A stretch of 64,000 nucleotides of DNA from Podarcis erhardii (GCA_964252035.1 OZ176208.1); one strand, 5' to 3'. Shown: positions 12,407 through 25,805, counted from the first letter of the stretch. Numbers and translations are program-made. The notes: generated by a model from the letters alone, not told the origin.

Positions 12407-13021
12407 AGTTTAAAAGTAAACATGGTGATCTTATTTAGAACTCACTATTGGCACAAAAGCCCAAATAACTTGTAATTCAAGAACAAAATACATATCTAAG
12501 ATCAAAACAAATCTCGTGTATGTTTGTGTTTGAATTCATTTGTGTTAGCAGTATATTTGTAATAGTAGAATATCCTTCATGAATGCACATATGTAGAAAT
12601 CAAACAAAACCATTGTAAGAAAAAGTGTTCCGTAGAACGGTGAGGAAGAATCAAATTCTGGGTAAAAAGCAAGCAGGGTCTACTTGCTATGATTGGGCAA
12701 TGCTCATTTGTCATGAACTTTAGGAAGCTTGGCGTAGATATCAAGAGGACAACACAGATGAAATGTGTTACTCATCTTGATGAAAAGACAACTGCTTACT
12801 TTCAGGCTGATATATAAAGAGAATATCTGATTGCTGTCAAATAACTTGCAGCTAATTAGCTGGAGAAATAAAGACAATTCTATGTCTTACCCTTGTTCTC
12901 TGAATGCAAGCATTAAACATTAGCCAAGTATAAAGTATGTATCTGTAACACAAGACAATCTTAGCTCAATGGTTTTTATTTCACACTTCAAGTGCGTTAG
13001 TCTTTGGTCAAAAGAACTCAC

Positions 13022-13145
13022 CTAGTCCTGAACATTAAAGCAGGATCCATGTTAACAGAAGCCATTCGACCCACATGGCGAATCTCTTTTGCGATCATTC
13101 GTAATTTCTCAAAATTGACCAAACCTTCCACTTTGGAATCATTTC
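13022..13145 (-). CDS. RAPGEF2: Exon [10 protein letters not shown]...ALMFRT, GEF domain end (124 nt)
   Basis: Acceptor caatgtag, donor AG|gtgagt, phase 1-2. Confidence 0.97.
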
Positions 13146-13267
13146 CTACATTGCCAAAAGAATGATAGGAAATAACTATAGTACTCTGCCATTGGTCAGT
13201 GAAAGTAAAAACACACATGTTGCCATCACCAAAGATTCCATACAGAAAAAACACTTGCAACATTTAC

Positions 13268-13479
13268 CTTCATGGAGGAATGTAAGGTCCTTTTTGATTA
13301 CAGGGAACAATGGAATAATAGGAGGCTGTAGATTTTGGCTATTCAGGACATTGCGATATTTTGCCATGTTCCTAGATGGATCAAATAAATCCTGAAGATC
13401 TTGAAACAATTTTTCATATTTGCTTGGAAGTTTTTCCCAAGTAGTTCGTAGTCTTGCAACTGGAGCTAAGTTTAGGCCA
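13268..13479 (-). CDS. RAPGEF2: Exon [11 protein letters not shown]...LTFLHE, GEF domain (212 nt)
   Basis: Acceptor attctttag, donor G|gtaaat, phase 2-1. Confidence 0.97.
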
Positions 13480-13597
13480 CTAAAGAATGAATTTTAAAAG
13501 ATGTTGAGGGTTTTAATCTTTGTTCAAAATGACACCTGCATTAGCAGCATCCTAAACATATGTTCCTGTATACAATCTTCTGAAGTAAAACTAAATG

Positions 13598-13657
13598 CAT
13601 ATCATATCATATCATATCATATCATATCATATCATATCATATCATATCATATCATAT
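13598..13657. repeat. (CATAT)n pentanucleotide microsatellite, about 12 units
   Basis: Read directly. Confidence 0.97.
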
Positions 13658-16405
13658 TTAGCAACTGACAAATGTAGGCACTGGTAAACAAAAACACTGC
13701 TTTCAGAGATTATGCACCATAAAATTGTAGGTCTTTTCTGAACTGCAATGTTCAAGCAATATTTGTGAGTTGAAGAATCATCAAAAGATTATGGTAGCAG
13801 TGGTATGGCTTTCCTGTCTTACCAAAAGTGTTCTCAGATCTATTACAACATTGCTTTCCAAACTCTGTTGGAGCAACAGACACTTCTATAAACAAGGACC
13901 ATTTTTAGTACAAAGATGTGGCTATGATGATCAGTAAGTGTTTGTTACTGCCAGATGGAAGTATTGTAATGAGTAATACAGTAAAGTCTATTCAGAAACT
14001 GCAGCTGTAAAATGCTGTGAGTCATTCCCTTAGTATACTAGCAAAAGAAGCATGTTATTACCAGAGGTTTAGAAGAGACATAACCAGCTCATTTGGTGAT
14101 ATTGATTATAAAAGCCCTCTGTTGTCCGAGACATAGATATCTGACACTCAGCCTTGCTTTCCATAGTCAGTTGAAATGGTCAACAAAAATGTCTGAAGTC
14201 AATGATCCTAACATTAAATGTTTTAGAGCTGCAAACAAATTTTTACAGAGGCCACCAACTATCAAATCTACTTTTCTTTCTCAGATGCCTTAATCTTACT
14301 GCCCTTCACAACAAATATTAGTTTCCCTTTTCATTAATTATTTTTATCTGGAGCACTGGTGCCTGAGATTATTGACCACCTTTGATCCCCAAATCAAGTT
14401 TCATCAAGTATATTAGCAGAGTAAGTTACAGTAATTTAACACAGAGGCATGAAATTTAACAAGGCATGAAAGTGACCAGTCTCAAATCCAGGCAGACAAT
14501 GTAACTTATTTTACTTAATTTGAGTTGGTTAAAAGAATTCCTGGGTTGGAACTCTATCAATAATGCCCCCAAATCACAGTGTTCCATGCCCAGTCTTTTC
14601 TAAATTGATGCTAAATATAACTTTCCGAAATCACTGTCACCCATAGTGAAAAGGCAAAGGAGCATCAGCACTGTAAGAAAAGTGGGTATCCTGAGTGTAC
14701 TGATTAAAAATCCCTATCTTGCCGATGTTCACATATCAGACTACAGGAAGGTTTAGTAGAAATGGCATGAAGTTGTAGAGTGAGGAGTACTTGAGAGAAG
14801 GATTTCGGTCTGTGAGGGGGATTCTGTCAGGAGGGTTCGTTCTGACAGTTGGTAGAGTTGAGGAGAACCGAGAACTCTCAGTATATGCTCTAAAGGTTCT
14901 GAATCGCAGAACACTGTTAAAATAGAAAAGGCACAGTCTCCCACGGTGTTTACAGGAAAAAGGGTGCTCAGAGGGAATACTCTGACATGAAAGGGCAGTA
15001 GTGATTCCCAGGCCAAAGAGGATTTGGGGGTCTGTAAGGAAACAGTCCAGTTAAAATCCTAAATTCCTGAAGTGTGTGTGGAAAAGTCTGATCTATGAAA
15101 GATGTGTAAAAGAAAGTAACCTTAAGCCTCAACAGCATACAGCCTATAACTTGAAACAGTATACGTTTTAATAAAAAGCAACAGCACTGTGCCATGAATA
15201 ACCTCACTGTTTGATATATTTCTGTGGAAGAAAAAGAACCAAAAACTCCTTGTTTACATCTGTTATAATAAAGTTTGTTTGCAACCTGTTTTCCCCAAAG
15301 AAAAACCCACTGTCGCTCGCGATTCATTCTCTATTGGGGGAATTCACCTGAGGGAAGGGAAACTGAGGGCTGGCACAGCGGTGCCAGGGAGGGAAGAGTG
15401 CTGTTGTGTTGTCCCAGAAGTCCCTCTACATCGCCTGCTAGTTGCAAATGGTAATATGTCAAGACCAATGCTATCAATACTTGCTGAGATTGCTAATAAA
15501 TGCAACAAAGCAAAGGTTTCCTTACCATGGAAGCCTTCAAATACAGTCTAGGGTTTGTAATTGCATTCAAAAGCCGAATAGCAGGCTCACATGAGGCCTA
15601 AACAACAACCAAATGTGCTTCATACAAAGTGACAATCTGTTTTGAAACGACCCTTTCAAAAGGAAGGTAACTGGAAAATTCAGAAGTGTACTTTTTATGG
15701 GGGTAGGAAGGAGGAGAACCAAAGATTTAAGGCTGCCTTGTACCACCAACAGTCTAACAATTAGCTTCTACTGCATTAAGTTAAAAACCTGTGTAACCTA
15801 TAACTGGGATTTTGCATGCCAGCATGCAAACCTTTTAAATAATACTAAATGAACTGGATTCATACAGGACTGTGGGCAGTCTTTCACACATAAAACATAC
15901 TCCATGGTTGCATACTAAGTGGAAACAGAGATAGATAAATGACTTCTTTTGTAATTTTGCTTTTTCCAAGTCTGTTCCAAAGGATATTTTGATTTCTAGA
16001 GATAACAAATGCTTATAAAAATGACAAACACAACAAAGACTAATACATTTATAATGACACAGGTGATCATGGAGTAGAGTCTACTTTCATCAGATATATC
16101 ATTATGATGTTAGCAATGACAAGCTTGCAATGCTAATTTAAACAGCTTTTCATGGAAGAATCCTCTAGCCTTTCAACCAGTCTTGCTCTTTTTGGATTAG
16201 GATTTTGTCTAAAGCTGCTGCTGAGGACTGTTAAGTTAATGAAATATTACTATTGTAGTATTAAATTACTAATTCATAAAACAGTAAAATGTACACATAG
16301 TATCTTTTTTAAAATTTAGTATCATCATTATGAAGCATCTATTTACACTTTATTTCTTATAAACTGTATGCAAAATCATTGGGGGGGTGATCTAGTCTTG
16401 TTTAC

Positions 16406-16789
16406 CTTATTATTGCAAACATGGAGTTGAAGTTCTTGCATTCCCTGCAGTGCAATGCTATCTTAATGAAGTGCTTAATTATCTTCATCCTTTTCAGCTG
16501 GTTGGTTTCTCGCAGAATCTCAGATGCCACCCAAAAGGTTTCTTGGTTTATTACTTCTTCAAACTTTTTCAAGTTAGTACAGCTAGACTTAGATTTCAGT
16601 TTAAACAAGTCATCTATGTATTCTGTAGGTTCAATGTTACGGAACAGTTCAAAGTTACGCATAGAGAGTTGGGTTGCCACCTCAACAGTACTGAGTTGCA
16701 ATAAAGAAATCTGACTCTCTCTCAGCAATTCCTGAGCATCTTCATCTGAACACAAGGTTTCTGTCTCCATGTTGTTCTTCAGATAATAC
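16406..16789 (-). CDS. RAPGEF2: Exon [12 protein letters not shown]...MFAII, CDC25 GEF domain (384 nt)
   Basis: Acceptor ctctcccag, donor AG|gtaaac, phase 2-2. Confidence 0.98.
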
Positions 16790-16944
16790 CTGGGAGAGGG
16801 GGGAAGAGTGAATAAAGTTTTCTAGAAATGAAAACACTAATAGTAATGGAAAGCAAAGGTAGCTTGCTTAGAATTTAAAAATCAGTATATTTAAGAAGTA
16901 CATTCAATTATATTCTGAAATGGCAGATGATGTATGAGTCTCAC

Positions 16945-17185
16945 CTTCCACTAAGCTGTATTCTGTCAGCAAGCTTGGAAAGTTGATCTGGAAGCCTCCT
17001 CTGCTTGATTACTCCCTCTGGAGTGACTGAAACTTCACATAAAGAATATGCATCTGGGGTGGTGGTTAGAGCAAACTCTCGGATTGCTTGAATAACCACT
17101 TCCTTTGCAGTTGTGTCCTTACTGATCATAATGTAGCGGCTTTGTTGGTCTGCCTTAAAAACCCTCAGAACCTGGTCTGGTAAAT
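16945..17185 (-). CDS. RAPGEF2: Exon [10 protein letters not shown]...IQLSG, Ras-association domain (241 nt)
   Basis: Acceptor ctccctacag, donor AG|gtgaga, phase 1-2. Confidence 0.97.
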
Positions 17186-18848
17186 CTGTAGGGAGGGGGA
17201 GAAATCCTATTACAGTATATAAACCATATAATAGAGTAAAATTATTTATTTTTCAGTCAGTATCTGAATAGGAACAGATACACACTTAATTTTCTTTAGT
17301 TGCCATCTTGCTCCTGTGAAATTGTCCTATTCACTATCCTTCTTTTGGATCATCATTCTTTTTTCTGCCAATGATCAGAAGTCATTTCCAAGCAAAGTAA
17401 AATGGACCAACATGCTGGTTTGTGCCGTAAACTTTTATAAATTGCTAACCACAAAGTATATCATCAGGGCATTCAGCTTTGATACTACTGACTACATACT
17501 GACATGCTACTAAATTGCAGTTTATTCTTAAATGAATGAATCTCAAGCTTGCCCCTCCCTCCATTCCAATGGGAACATGAAAATAGAAAATAGAAAATTA
17601 CAAACTGTATTTTTTTATTAACCATAGTATACTGAACCAAGCCAACTTCAAATAGGAGAGGGCATGAGTGATTAAGTAACCTTCATTTTAAGTCATTATT
17701 AGCTCATAAACCAAAGTATGCCTGCCTCAATAGCCCTACAAGACACTCTAAATACTCATTAGTGCCTGTATGGCCCCAATTTTTTAGCTTGCTATATAAT
17801 TTCCTGATGACTGGGTGGTGATGGACCTTTATGTCTTACCACTTATCAAATATTATTGTTTCAAACTGAAAGGAAGGTGTCCAGGTCAACCAATAACTTA
17901 ATGTTTCTTCAAAACTCTGTTTTTTGAAGTAATTATGTAAACAATCAAGAAAAGGTGTCATCAGGTTTTTATCAATTATTCATCTGTCAACACAAAAAAG
18001 AATCAGTTTCCTTCCTTTCCTTCCTCTTAAAATACTGTATACGTTGAGTGATTGACAATGGCAATCAAGAAAAATGAAACAATTCAAACAAGAAACAACA
18101 AAAGGGGAGAGGTTTATATTGGAGGTATAATGGATGCCATAAGCAAGTTTATTTTTACTTATTGCAGTTAATCTCAAATAAAAAACGTAGCACTAGAAAT
18201 CATAAAAATGTAGTATGATGTAAAGTATGGGTACAGATTTAACCCTCGCCCCAAATAAAGTCCCTTATTCCCCTGCTCTTTTCACCTACGGGGGGTGGGG
18301 TGGGAGAATCCATGTTTTGCAAAGCCAGACACACACACAAAACCCACAGCTGCCTTTAGTTGAAAGGAAGCTGGCAGTTTCTGTTGTTTTTGCCTCCTAC
18401 CTATTGTGTGAACGAGAACAGTAGGCTGTATGAAGAGAGCAATGTTCAGCCCTCTCACCCGCTCTTTTCTTGCTGGTTTCTGCACTAATAAACAAACCTC
18501 ATCACAAAATCAACTCTATTCCCCAGCAACAAGGGATAAAACCACATTGTACCCGTTCACGTCCTTGCCTGCTCTCGCTTATCCTCCCCAACTTCATCTT
18601 CAGTACCTCCCCCTTAGTTCTGTAGACATGTTACCAAACCACTGGTTACGATTTCTACCAGTTCTCTCCCGCTTTCTTCCTAACTCCAGATGCATCACAG
18701 CTACATCTCCACCCACTGTGAAATTTAAGTGCAGTTTAGGGTATATTTGAGGTCTGCTGGGGATTGCTTTCCTCCAAGTGGCTTCCCTGTAAGACTGAGA
18801 TGGAATAGTTGACATGTATGATTGCACTTGTAGGTGTGCGAACCTCTT

Positions 18849-18940
18849 TATATCTTAATATATTAAATATTAAACCTTAATATATATTAAATATTATTAT
18901 ATCTTAATATATTAAATATTAAACCTTAATATATTAAACC
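18849..18940. repeat. AT-rich low-complexity tandem duplication
   Basis: tatatcttaatatattaaatattaaaccttaatata occurs twice, about 48 bp apart. Confidence 0.8.
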
Positions 18941-20322
18941 TTTGCTCAACTAATTTGTAAAGACCCCTCTACCTGAACTGCACATTTCCTCTTAACAAAT
19001 TCAACTAAGGAAAATGTAACCTCTAGTAAACATCTTACATAAGATTGCAACCTGAAGCTTACAGCAAGGCTGAAATAAAAAAAAAGGCAAGGCAATAATC
19101 TATTCTCTGGTTTAAAATGCCAGTCTGGCAAGACACTGAAAAGGATATCAAAGCTTGGGTTTGACTTTTTCAACTTACAGAACAATTGCATAGGAAAATG
19201 TTATTGCAAGTTCATGATCTCTATTGCCATGAACATCCCCATACTGAAATGTTGATTTACAAATCCACTTAACACAGCAAGCATTTTTTTGTTCCTCCCT
19301 AAGCACTACTCGGCTCCTCCAAGCTCTACGGAACAGCAATTCTGACAGGTTGAATTCTTTCTGCTCTAGTACATTCAATTTCCTGAATGCCTCCCCCATC
19401 TTCAACACAGTCCAAAGTAACAAGAAAACTATTGAGACTGTACATTTTCTGAAGCTTCAAGTATGCATTGTGGCTTAAGATTATAGCCCAACTTTCTTTA
19501 AAGCCCTCAAGGGAGCATTATACGGTAATGTTAAATAAATAAGAGTACAAGAAGCCAATTCAAAAACAAACACCACAAAGAAAAATGCCTAGCAGTGTAT
19601 ACTGGAAGTGATTTTAATGAGCTTGTACCATTTTATTTGGTTGTAAACTGTCCCGGTATGTATATTTTTATGACAGGTGGTATAAAAAGGGTTTTCAATA
19701 GATAAAATAATAATACTAGTATGTAACCATCAACAAAGTAACATCACACAATATAGTTACTTCATTTCTCCTGTTTATAAATAAGCAATACTTTGTATAC
19801 TGTTCGCTAATACTGAATCTCTCTGCTTCTGTGAATCTATATGCCCACATATCTTCCAGGCCTTTCATCAAATGTGAAGCTTATTGACCGTATGTGTCTC
19901 CTTATCAGTCTCCTAACTCCATGTCTGGAGAAAATCATTTTCCTGTCTTATTATCTACACCCCAAGACATAGTCATTCAGATTTCTACCTTGAATTGTTC
20001 TACTTAGTTTTGGCTGCTTCTCAACTATTTTCAGGTTCCAGGGACAACTACATCCATTTCCATTACCCAGTCCTTTTAACATTGGTTTGCATGCCCTCAC
20101 TCTCTGCACAGTGACAATGATAAATAAGTGCTAACTAATAATAATGGTAGAAATGTATTACAGAGTATTTCAGTAGATCAGACTATTTATGTGTCCTAAA
20201 AAAGAAGAAGTATTTTTATGTAAAGCAGACATGGAAATCCCAACTCGTGGAACATAGTTTTTGTACCCATTTACACCTATCAGAAGTGGCCCAAAGGACA
20301 CCCATGAAAATTTGAGGCTCAC

Positions 20323-20480
20323 CTGGGGTTGTGTTGAAATCTAAGATGCGGTGATGTGACTGCATTAAGTCAGGATTGCTTGAAGACAGTGTTCCACTGA
20401 CTGGCAGAGCAGGAGGAATGTGCTTGGTCTGCCTCAATCCCACAATGCTGTCATCCTGAGATTGGCCAATTCCAATATCA
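20323..20480 (-). CDS. RAPGEF2: Exon [11 protein letters not shown]...DFNTTP (158 nt)
   Basis: Acceptor ccccatcgccgtag, donor G|gtgagc, phase 2-1. Confidence 0.96.
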
Positions 20481-21030
20481 CTACGGCGATGGGGAAAACA
20501 AAAGTATTTAGTGCTTTTATATTATCATGACCTATATTGATTTATTTCCCCCTGTATTTCTGACTTCCACATAAGCCATTCATCTTACACATTTTTAAAG
20601 TATAAGTATTGCTTTGGCAAACTTACTCAACAGGAAGTTTTAAGCGAAGCCATATATGTTGATTATATATAAAGCTCAGGATTTTGTTTTTAACGTATCC
20701 AGAATTCATGAAAGTATGTGATAAAATTTCCAGGAGCCCCCCCCCCTTTTTTTGGAAAGGAAATGTTGATGTATTTATTTTATTCTTCATGAACCATTTA
20801 TACACAGAGATTCAACTGGCTATTGGATAATGGTATTATTTATTAAATTTATATCCTACTGTTCCTTTCAATGGAGCCTAGGGCAACAAACAACAAGAGA
20901 TAAAACACTAAAACATCATAGAAACAATTCTAATACTGATGCAGATTTCAAGGCAATAACCAATACAATAAAACTATAGACTGCGTTGACATAATGGAAA
21001 ACACTCTGCGGTGCTGTGCATCACACTCAC

Positions 21031-21277
21031 TTGTATGGTTTCTGAGGCAAGATACTGATGCGGGTTTTGTCTAGTATCTTCTTGAGCTTGTTTCGCCCAC
21101 CAACAGTGTTGGCTTTGCTCTTCTTGGTTACTTTTTCCAATCCTATCACCTGCTCGACGTCAACTCCAAGATCTGGTATGGAATAACGGCTTGCTTTTTT
21201 AATATCACCAATTTTAGGAAGATGAGGAGCGCCGTTTCTTTTCTCCTCTGACAATCTTGTTAGAAGTTCCTTAAAAA
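21031..21277 (-). CDS. RAPGEF2: Exon [10 protein letters not shown]...PQKPY (247 nt)
   Basis: Acceptor ttttgtgcag, donor AA|gtgagt, phase 1-2. Confidence 0.97.
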
Positions 21278-22334
21278 CTGCACAAAAGACGGAAAACAAA
21301 TAGAAAATAAACTCAAAAGAAATACATCAGACCCTTCTTGCACAGGCTATGAAAAGCAAAATGGTATTTCACATTTGAATAGAATCCATGCTTGGACTTA
21401 ACGATACTTCTAAAAATCTATTCCTGGGCATAGAATTAAGCCTCAAAATAAGTTGTTCACCTTATACCTAATAAAGAGAGTTTAAAAATCCATACACAGC
21501 TAAAGAGCAAGGGCTCGTTTATGTCAGAAACAAGAAAAAAGCTATGGCATATTTCCTTCCAGAAGGTCAACTGAAATCCTACAGTGGCAAGTCTAGGAAA
21601 GCCATAACACAATAGTTATATGCAAGCTGTCTCAACATATTCAGAGGAGTGCTGCGAGGTACAAAGGCCTCTAAGAATGATTTTCCGCAATTTTAGTAAC
21701 TTTACACTGCTTCCAAAATCATTTCACACTAAGGGTCTTGGCTGTAGTTACTTTAGAAACATTATGCAGACATACATATTATGTTATGTATGAAGTTAAA
21801 TTTCATTACTGCAATAGTCTTTTCTGACCTTAATCTTTCCTAAACTTCGAAAGGGAACATTTGTAATTTAAGGTTACAATTCCCACTTAAGAGGAAGTAA
21901 ACCCCACTGAACTAAGTTGAACAGCAAATAGATTCCATTTCTTATTGATTTTTTATCAGTTTTTTGCATTGTTATAAAATATTATAACATTTGCACATTT
22001 TGTTCTTATAAAGCAGTAACTATGAAGACTGAAACATTTATTGCAAGTGTGGATGTCTTGCTTTCTACCCTCAGTGAATCGTTTTCCACATCGACCTTGC
22101 CTGTGGAAATTCTGTTCTGCACAATTTAAAGATGTGTTCTGGAATGCACCGTAAAACATGGTCAATACTCATCTATGGTTGTGCATTGCAGAAAAAGATG
22201 GCAAGTAGTGAACAAGCTGACTTTGTGCTTTTAAGGACATCCTGGTGAGGGTACTCCTGGTCTCATCGCAACACAATTCTAAAACTATTGCATTATAATA
22301 AAAGTTACACTTAAACCTATGGCTTTAAACTTAC

Positions 22335-22443
22335 CAAATAAGTTAGTTTTCACAGTGATAGACAAATGTGTGTTATTTCGAAGAATTTCCATGGCTTTAG
22401 ACAGCTGAATGTTTTCAAAATTTTGGCCATTTACCTCCAATAT
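22335..22443 (-). CDS. RAPGEF2: Exon [10 protein letters not shown]...VKTNLF, PDZ domain (109 nt)
   Basis: Acceptor ctttctag, donor G|gtaagt, phase 0-1; read manually. Confidence 0.96.
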
Positions 22444-22552
22444 CTAGAAAGAGGAACAAAAGAATTGAATCCTGGCAATTCATAACGATGAGGAGTCTCC
22501 ACTACAACTATTGGCATTCCAAGAACAACCTGGTGAAATTTAATTTACATAC

Positions 22553-22756
22553 CTGATCACCACGTTTCAAGCCTGCTTCAGTGGCTTTGCTACCTGAATC
22601 AACACTGTCAACAAAGATTCCAAATCCCTTTTCAGATCCTCCCAATAATAAGAAAGGCAAAGGGGCTTCCCGAGATGGCTTTGTTAATGTTATCATTCTT
22701 CGTTTAGCTTTAGCAGCACATGCAATATTTAACAGCCTCAGATGTCCACCCATTTT
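22553..22756 (-). CDS. RAPGEF2: Exon [10 protein letters not shown]...LKRGDQ, PDZ domain (204 nt)
   Basis: Acceptor ctccctacag, donor CAG|gtatgt, phase 0-0. Confidence 0.97.
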
Positions 22757-22845
22757 CTGTAGGGAGAGAATCCAGAGCCATTTGTTAGATGTAAAGTCAC
22801 CTCAGTGTAGGACAGCAAGTCTCTTACTTTGCCAATAATCCATAC

Positions 22846-22953
22846 CTCTCTTTCTAAATTGTTCTCAAATTCTTCCAGAAAACGAGTCATTGCAGAATCT
22901 CCCTCAAAATCATTGAAGTGATTGTTCACCCACAACAATACTACCCGTGTAAC
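22846..22953 (-). CDS. RAPGEF2: Exon [10 protein letters not shown]...NNLERE, REM domain (108 nt)
   Basis: Acceptor tcttttag, donor GAG|gtatgg, phase 0-0; followed by an 89-nt intron. Confidence 0.97.
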
Positions 22954-23791
22954 CTAAAAGAAACAATATAAATTCTTTATATAAATGCAGTTTAAAAACC
23001 CAAGGAAAACTATTTTTCAGCTGCTTTCTTATTTTAGACATTTCCCCAACACCATATACTTCAGTATCTGATCTAGTGACATTTTTAAAAAAATTCTAGA
23101 AGTCCACCAGGTTAAAAAAAAGAAAAGCAAGAAACTGGGTTTTAAACATAAAGCTTCACATTTGTACAAAATCCTTCACGTACTTCTTTTCAGAAAAGAG
23201 AAACCTGGTATCCTACGTTTTTACTACAGGAGTTCTATGCAAATAAGAAACACCACCATATCTCTTCATGAAACTATAGTGTTGAAATGGTAGCAATTTA
23301 AAAAGAATTGCTTCTGAAGCAGTAGGCTCCAAACAGTTAACTGTCTTACAAAAATAACGGATTAAAAAATAAATTTGGGTTACTTTTTCTTCTTTTTAAA
23401 AAAGGCCTAAAGGCCATTTCCAATTTTGCATGTTTCTGTAATATGCTTTTTAGCTATGCTACCTTAGTTCAAAAGGAAAACTTTGCTCCTGCTGTGTCAG
23501 CAAACCGAGTCACTATCAGAAGCCACTATTCATTATATAGATTTTAATAACATGGAATCAATACAACTACCACTTCTATGCACTAACAAAACACCAAATT
23601 CAATGCAGTCTTTCGTTACAATGAGTTTAAAGAATCCATAAATAGACCTTGACAGGAACTGAAATTCTGACAATGTGCTGTTGAGAACCCGCTACCCTCC
23701 AAGTTTCTAAAATCCCTGTTCTGCTACAATGCCACAAATTTGAAAGTGACTGCTTGAATTCTTAGACCTAACATGAATTGAGGCATCCAAA

Positions 23792-23866
23792 CATAGAATT
23801 CTAGAATTGTAGAGTTGGAAGGGACCACAAGGGTCATCTAGTCCAAGTACCAGCAATGCAGGAATA
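23792..23866 (-). mobile_element. CR1-type LINE 3' end fragment
   Basis: agaattgtagagttggaagggaccacaagggtcatctagtccaa matches the recalled reverse complement of the squamate CR1 3' terminus. Confidence 0.7.
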
Positions 23867-24036
23867 TTCTGCCTAACATGGAAAGAAAGAAGCAAGGGAC
23901 TTTGCAGATCACAGAGGTCTGCTCCCTTCTCCCCTGGATAACCCTATTGGATCTGTCAATAGATCTTTATCTTCATAGCCATTAAAGGCTAGAAACAATC
24001 TTTCAGGATGCTGAATTCTATGCACCATAAATTTAG

Positions 24037-24497
24037 TGCACAGCTGAGGAACTGGACCTGGCTAGTGTATTGTAACCTTCCTTGCTCCAACCCATTGGCC
24101 AAGTGGGTGGGGCTGTCCACCTGGAAATCACCTGGTATCATTATGATGTCAGGTGACAACCTGAAAGGAGCTCACAAAGCCCCTTTGAAAGCCAGTTTTC
24201 GGCACCAATCAGTTTACAAGCTACCCCCTTGACAGTGCATTTGCTAGTGGTCTGAATATAAGCCGCTTACAAACATATTCCAAAGGGTGGCTGTCAGCAC
24301 CCAACAGCTGATGAGAGCTGAGAGCCCTACCAGCTGCACTAGGGAGTTCCTGATGAAGTGCAGCCAGTCAATCTCAGTGAAGCTCCCTTTTTGAGCACTG
24401 AAGGACAATCCTGTGTGTTTCTGAATGTGGTTGTCAACTCACCACTCTGCTGCTTCCAGCTGGGGCCTAGGACTGCTCTGCCCGTTTCTAACTCCAG
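24037..24497 (-). mobile_element. Degenerate copy of the hAT-like element at 252-695
   Basis: The reverse complement of about 24110-24160 resembles 570-620 (acctga...caggtgatt...gtggacagc). Boundaries are approximate. Confidence 0.4.
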
Positions 24498-24639
24498 TTA
24501 AAGCTTTTTAACCTCTTTCACATATCTGGCTAAAATCTAGTCAGGCATGAATGTCAAATGTGAAAACTTTAATCTGATTAACACAAACAAAAGTTTTTTA
24601 AACTGATTTTCAGGCCCAGATGAAGATGGATACATTTAA

Positions 24640-24988
24640 CGCTGTGGTCTAAACCACTGAGCCTAGGGCTTGCTGATCGGAAGGTCAGCGGTTTGAATCC
24701 CTGCGACGGGGTGAGCTCCCGTTGCTTGGTCCCAGCTCCTGCCAGCCTAGCAGTTCAAAAGCACATCAAAGTGCAAATAGATAAATAGGTACCACTCCAG
24801 TGGGAAGGTAAATGGCGTTTCTGTGCGCTGCTCTGGTTTCGCCATTAGCAGCTTAGTCATGCTGGCCACATGACCCGGAAAAACTGTCTGTGGACAAACA
24901 TCAGCTCCCTTGGCCAGTAAAGCGAGATGAGCGCTGCAGCCACAGAGTCGTTTGCGACTGGACTTAACTGTCAGGGGTCCTTTACCTT
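24640..24988 (+). mobile_element. Sauria SINE (lacertid-type), near full length
   Basis: gctgtggtctaaaccactgagcc...gataaataggtaccac...catgctggccacatgacccggaa...caggggtcctttacc, characteristic of Sauria SINEs. Confidence 0.92.
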
Positions 24989-25210
24989 TTTTTCATTACA
25001 TGCATTGCTACAAGTAGTGAAATAGACATAGGTGGCCAATCAGATTATATACATTCTTTTTCTCCTCCATTGAAATGTTATCTCCAGTGGGGGGGGGGGG
25101 ATATTGCCTGCTTTGTTGTCCAATTAAACTAACCGATACCACTTTACAATTTGTTTAATTAGTGTATATTAAAATACGGTCATATTTAAGAATGTCATTA
25201 TTAATGCAAC

Positions 25211-25375
25211 CTTATCCCTGAGGCTAGGATCATTGAACCACTCCAATAACTTCTTCCCCACTTCCATCGGGCTGGAAAGAAATGTCCGGTAGGTCAACAG
25301 GAAATCCTCGATAAATGTTGGATCAACCACTGAATGTTCTTCCACCAAATGCATTGTCAACCTTTCCGGCGTTCC
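25211..25375 (-). CDS. RAPGEF2: Exon [10 protein letters not shown]...PSLRDK, REM domain (165 nt)
   Basis: Acceptor tcttatag, donor AAG|gttgca, phase 0-0. Confidence 0.96.
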
Positions 25376-25652
25376 CTATAAGATGTAAATGTTCAAATAT
25401 CAATACACATGAATGCATCTCAGCTTGAGCCCTTTCCCCCCCCCCCTCACTAAAGTTAACATAAATGTACTGGACCAGATTTACACAAAGTACCATACAC
25501 AGCAATTAAGAATAGTTCTTTGGTAGTTTTTCTCATTAAAAAGTCTGAAAAAAGATAGCATCTGTATAACATTAGGATATAAATCAAAAAGACTGTGGTT
25601 TGAAAGAAAAAGATAAACTGCTATTAGGTATATTATAGTATAAAAAATATAC

Positions 25653-25805
25653 CTTGATAACAATGTGACCCTTTCTTGTTCCAGTGCGATCCAATTCCCT
25701 ATGTTCTTTAACCATAACAATCTCTCCTTCCTCTTCTACCTTCTGCATGTTTTTCTCCACTTGGTTGAGGATGCGGCAATAATCTTGCTGGGCTATGCAC
25801 ACAAA
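25653..25805 (-). CDS. RAPGEF2: Exon [10 protein letters not shown]...GHIVIK (153 nt)
   Basis: Acceptor ttttccctag, donor AAG|gtatat, phase 0-0. Confidence 0.97.

Noticed and set aside
18035-18115. Long minus-strand pyrimidine tract ending in tatacag
   Set aside because: I found no plausible donor downstream and the frame stops after two codons, so no exon could be defined.
18401-18425. 25-nt candidate exon ctcttcatacag|...|gtagga
   Set aside because: It shifts the frame, has a weaker donor and lies only 33 nt from the 21-nt candidate; there is no independent support.
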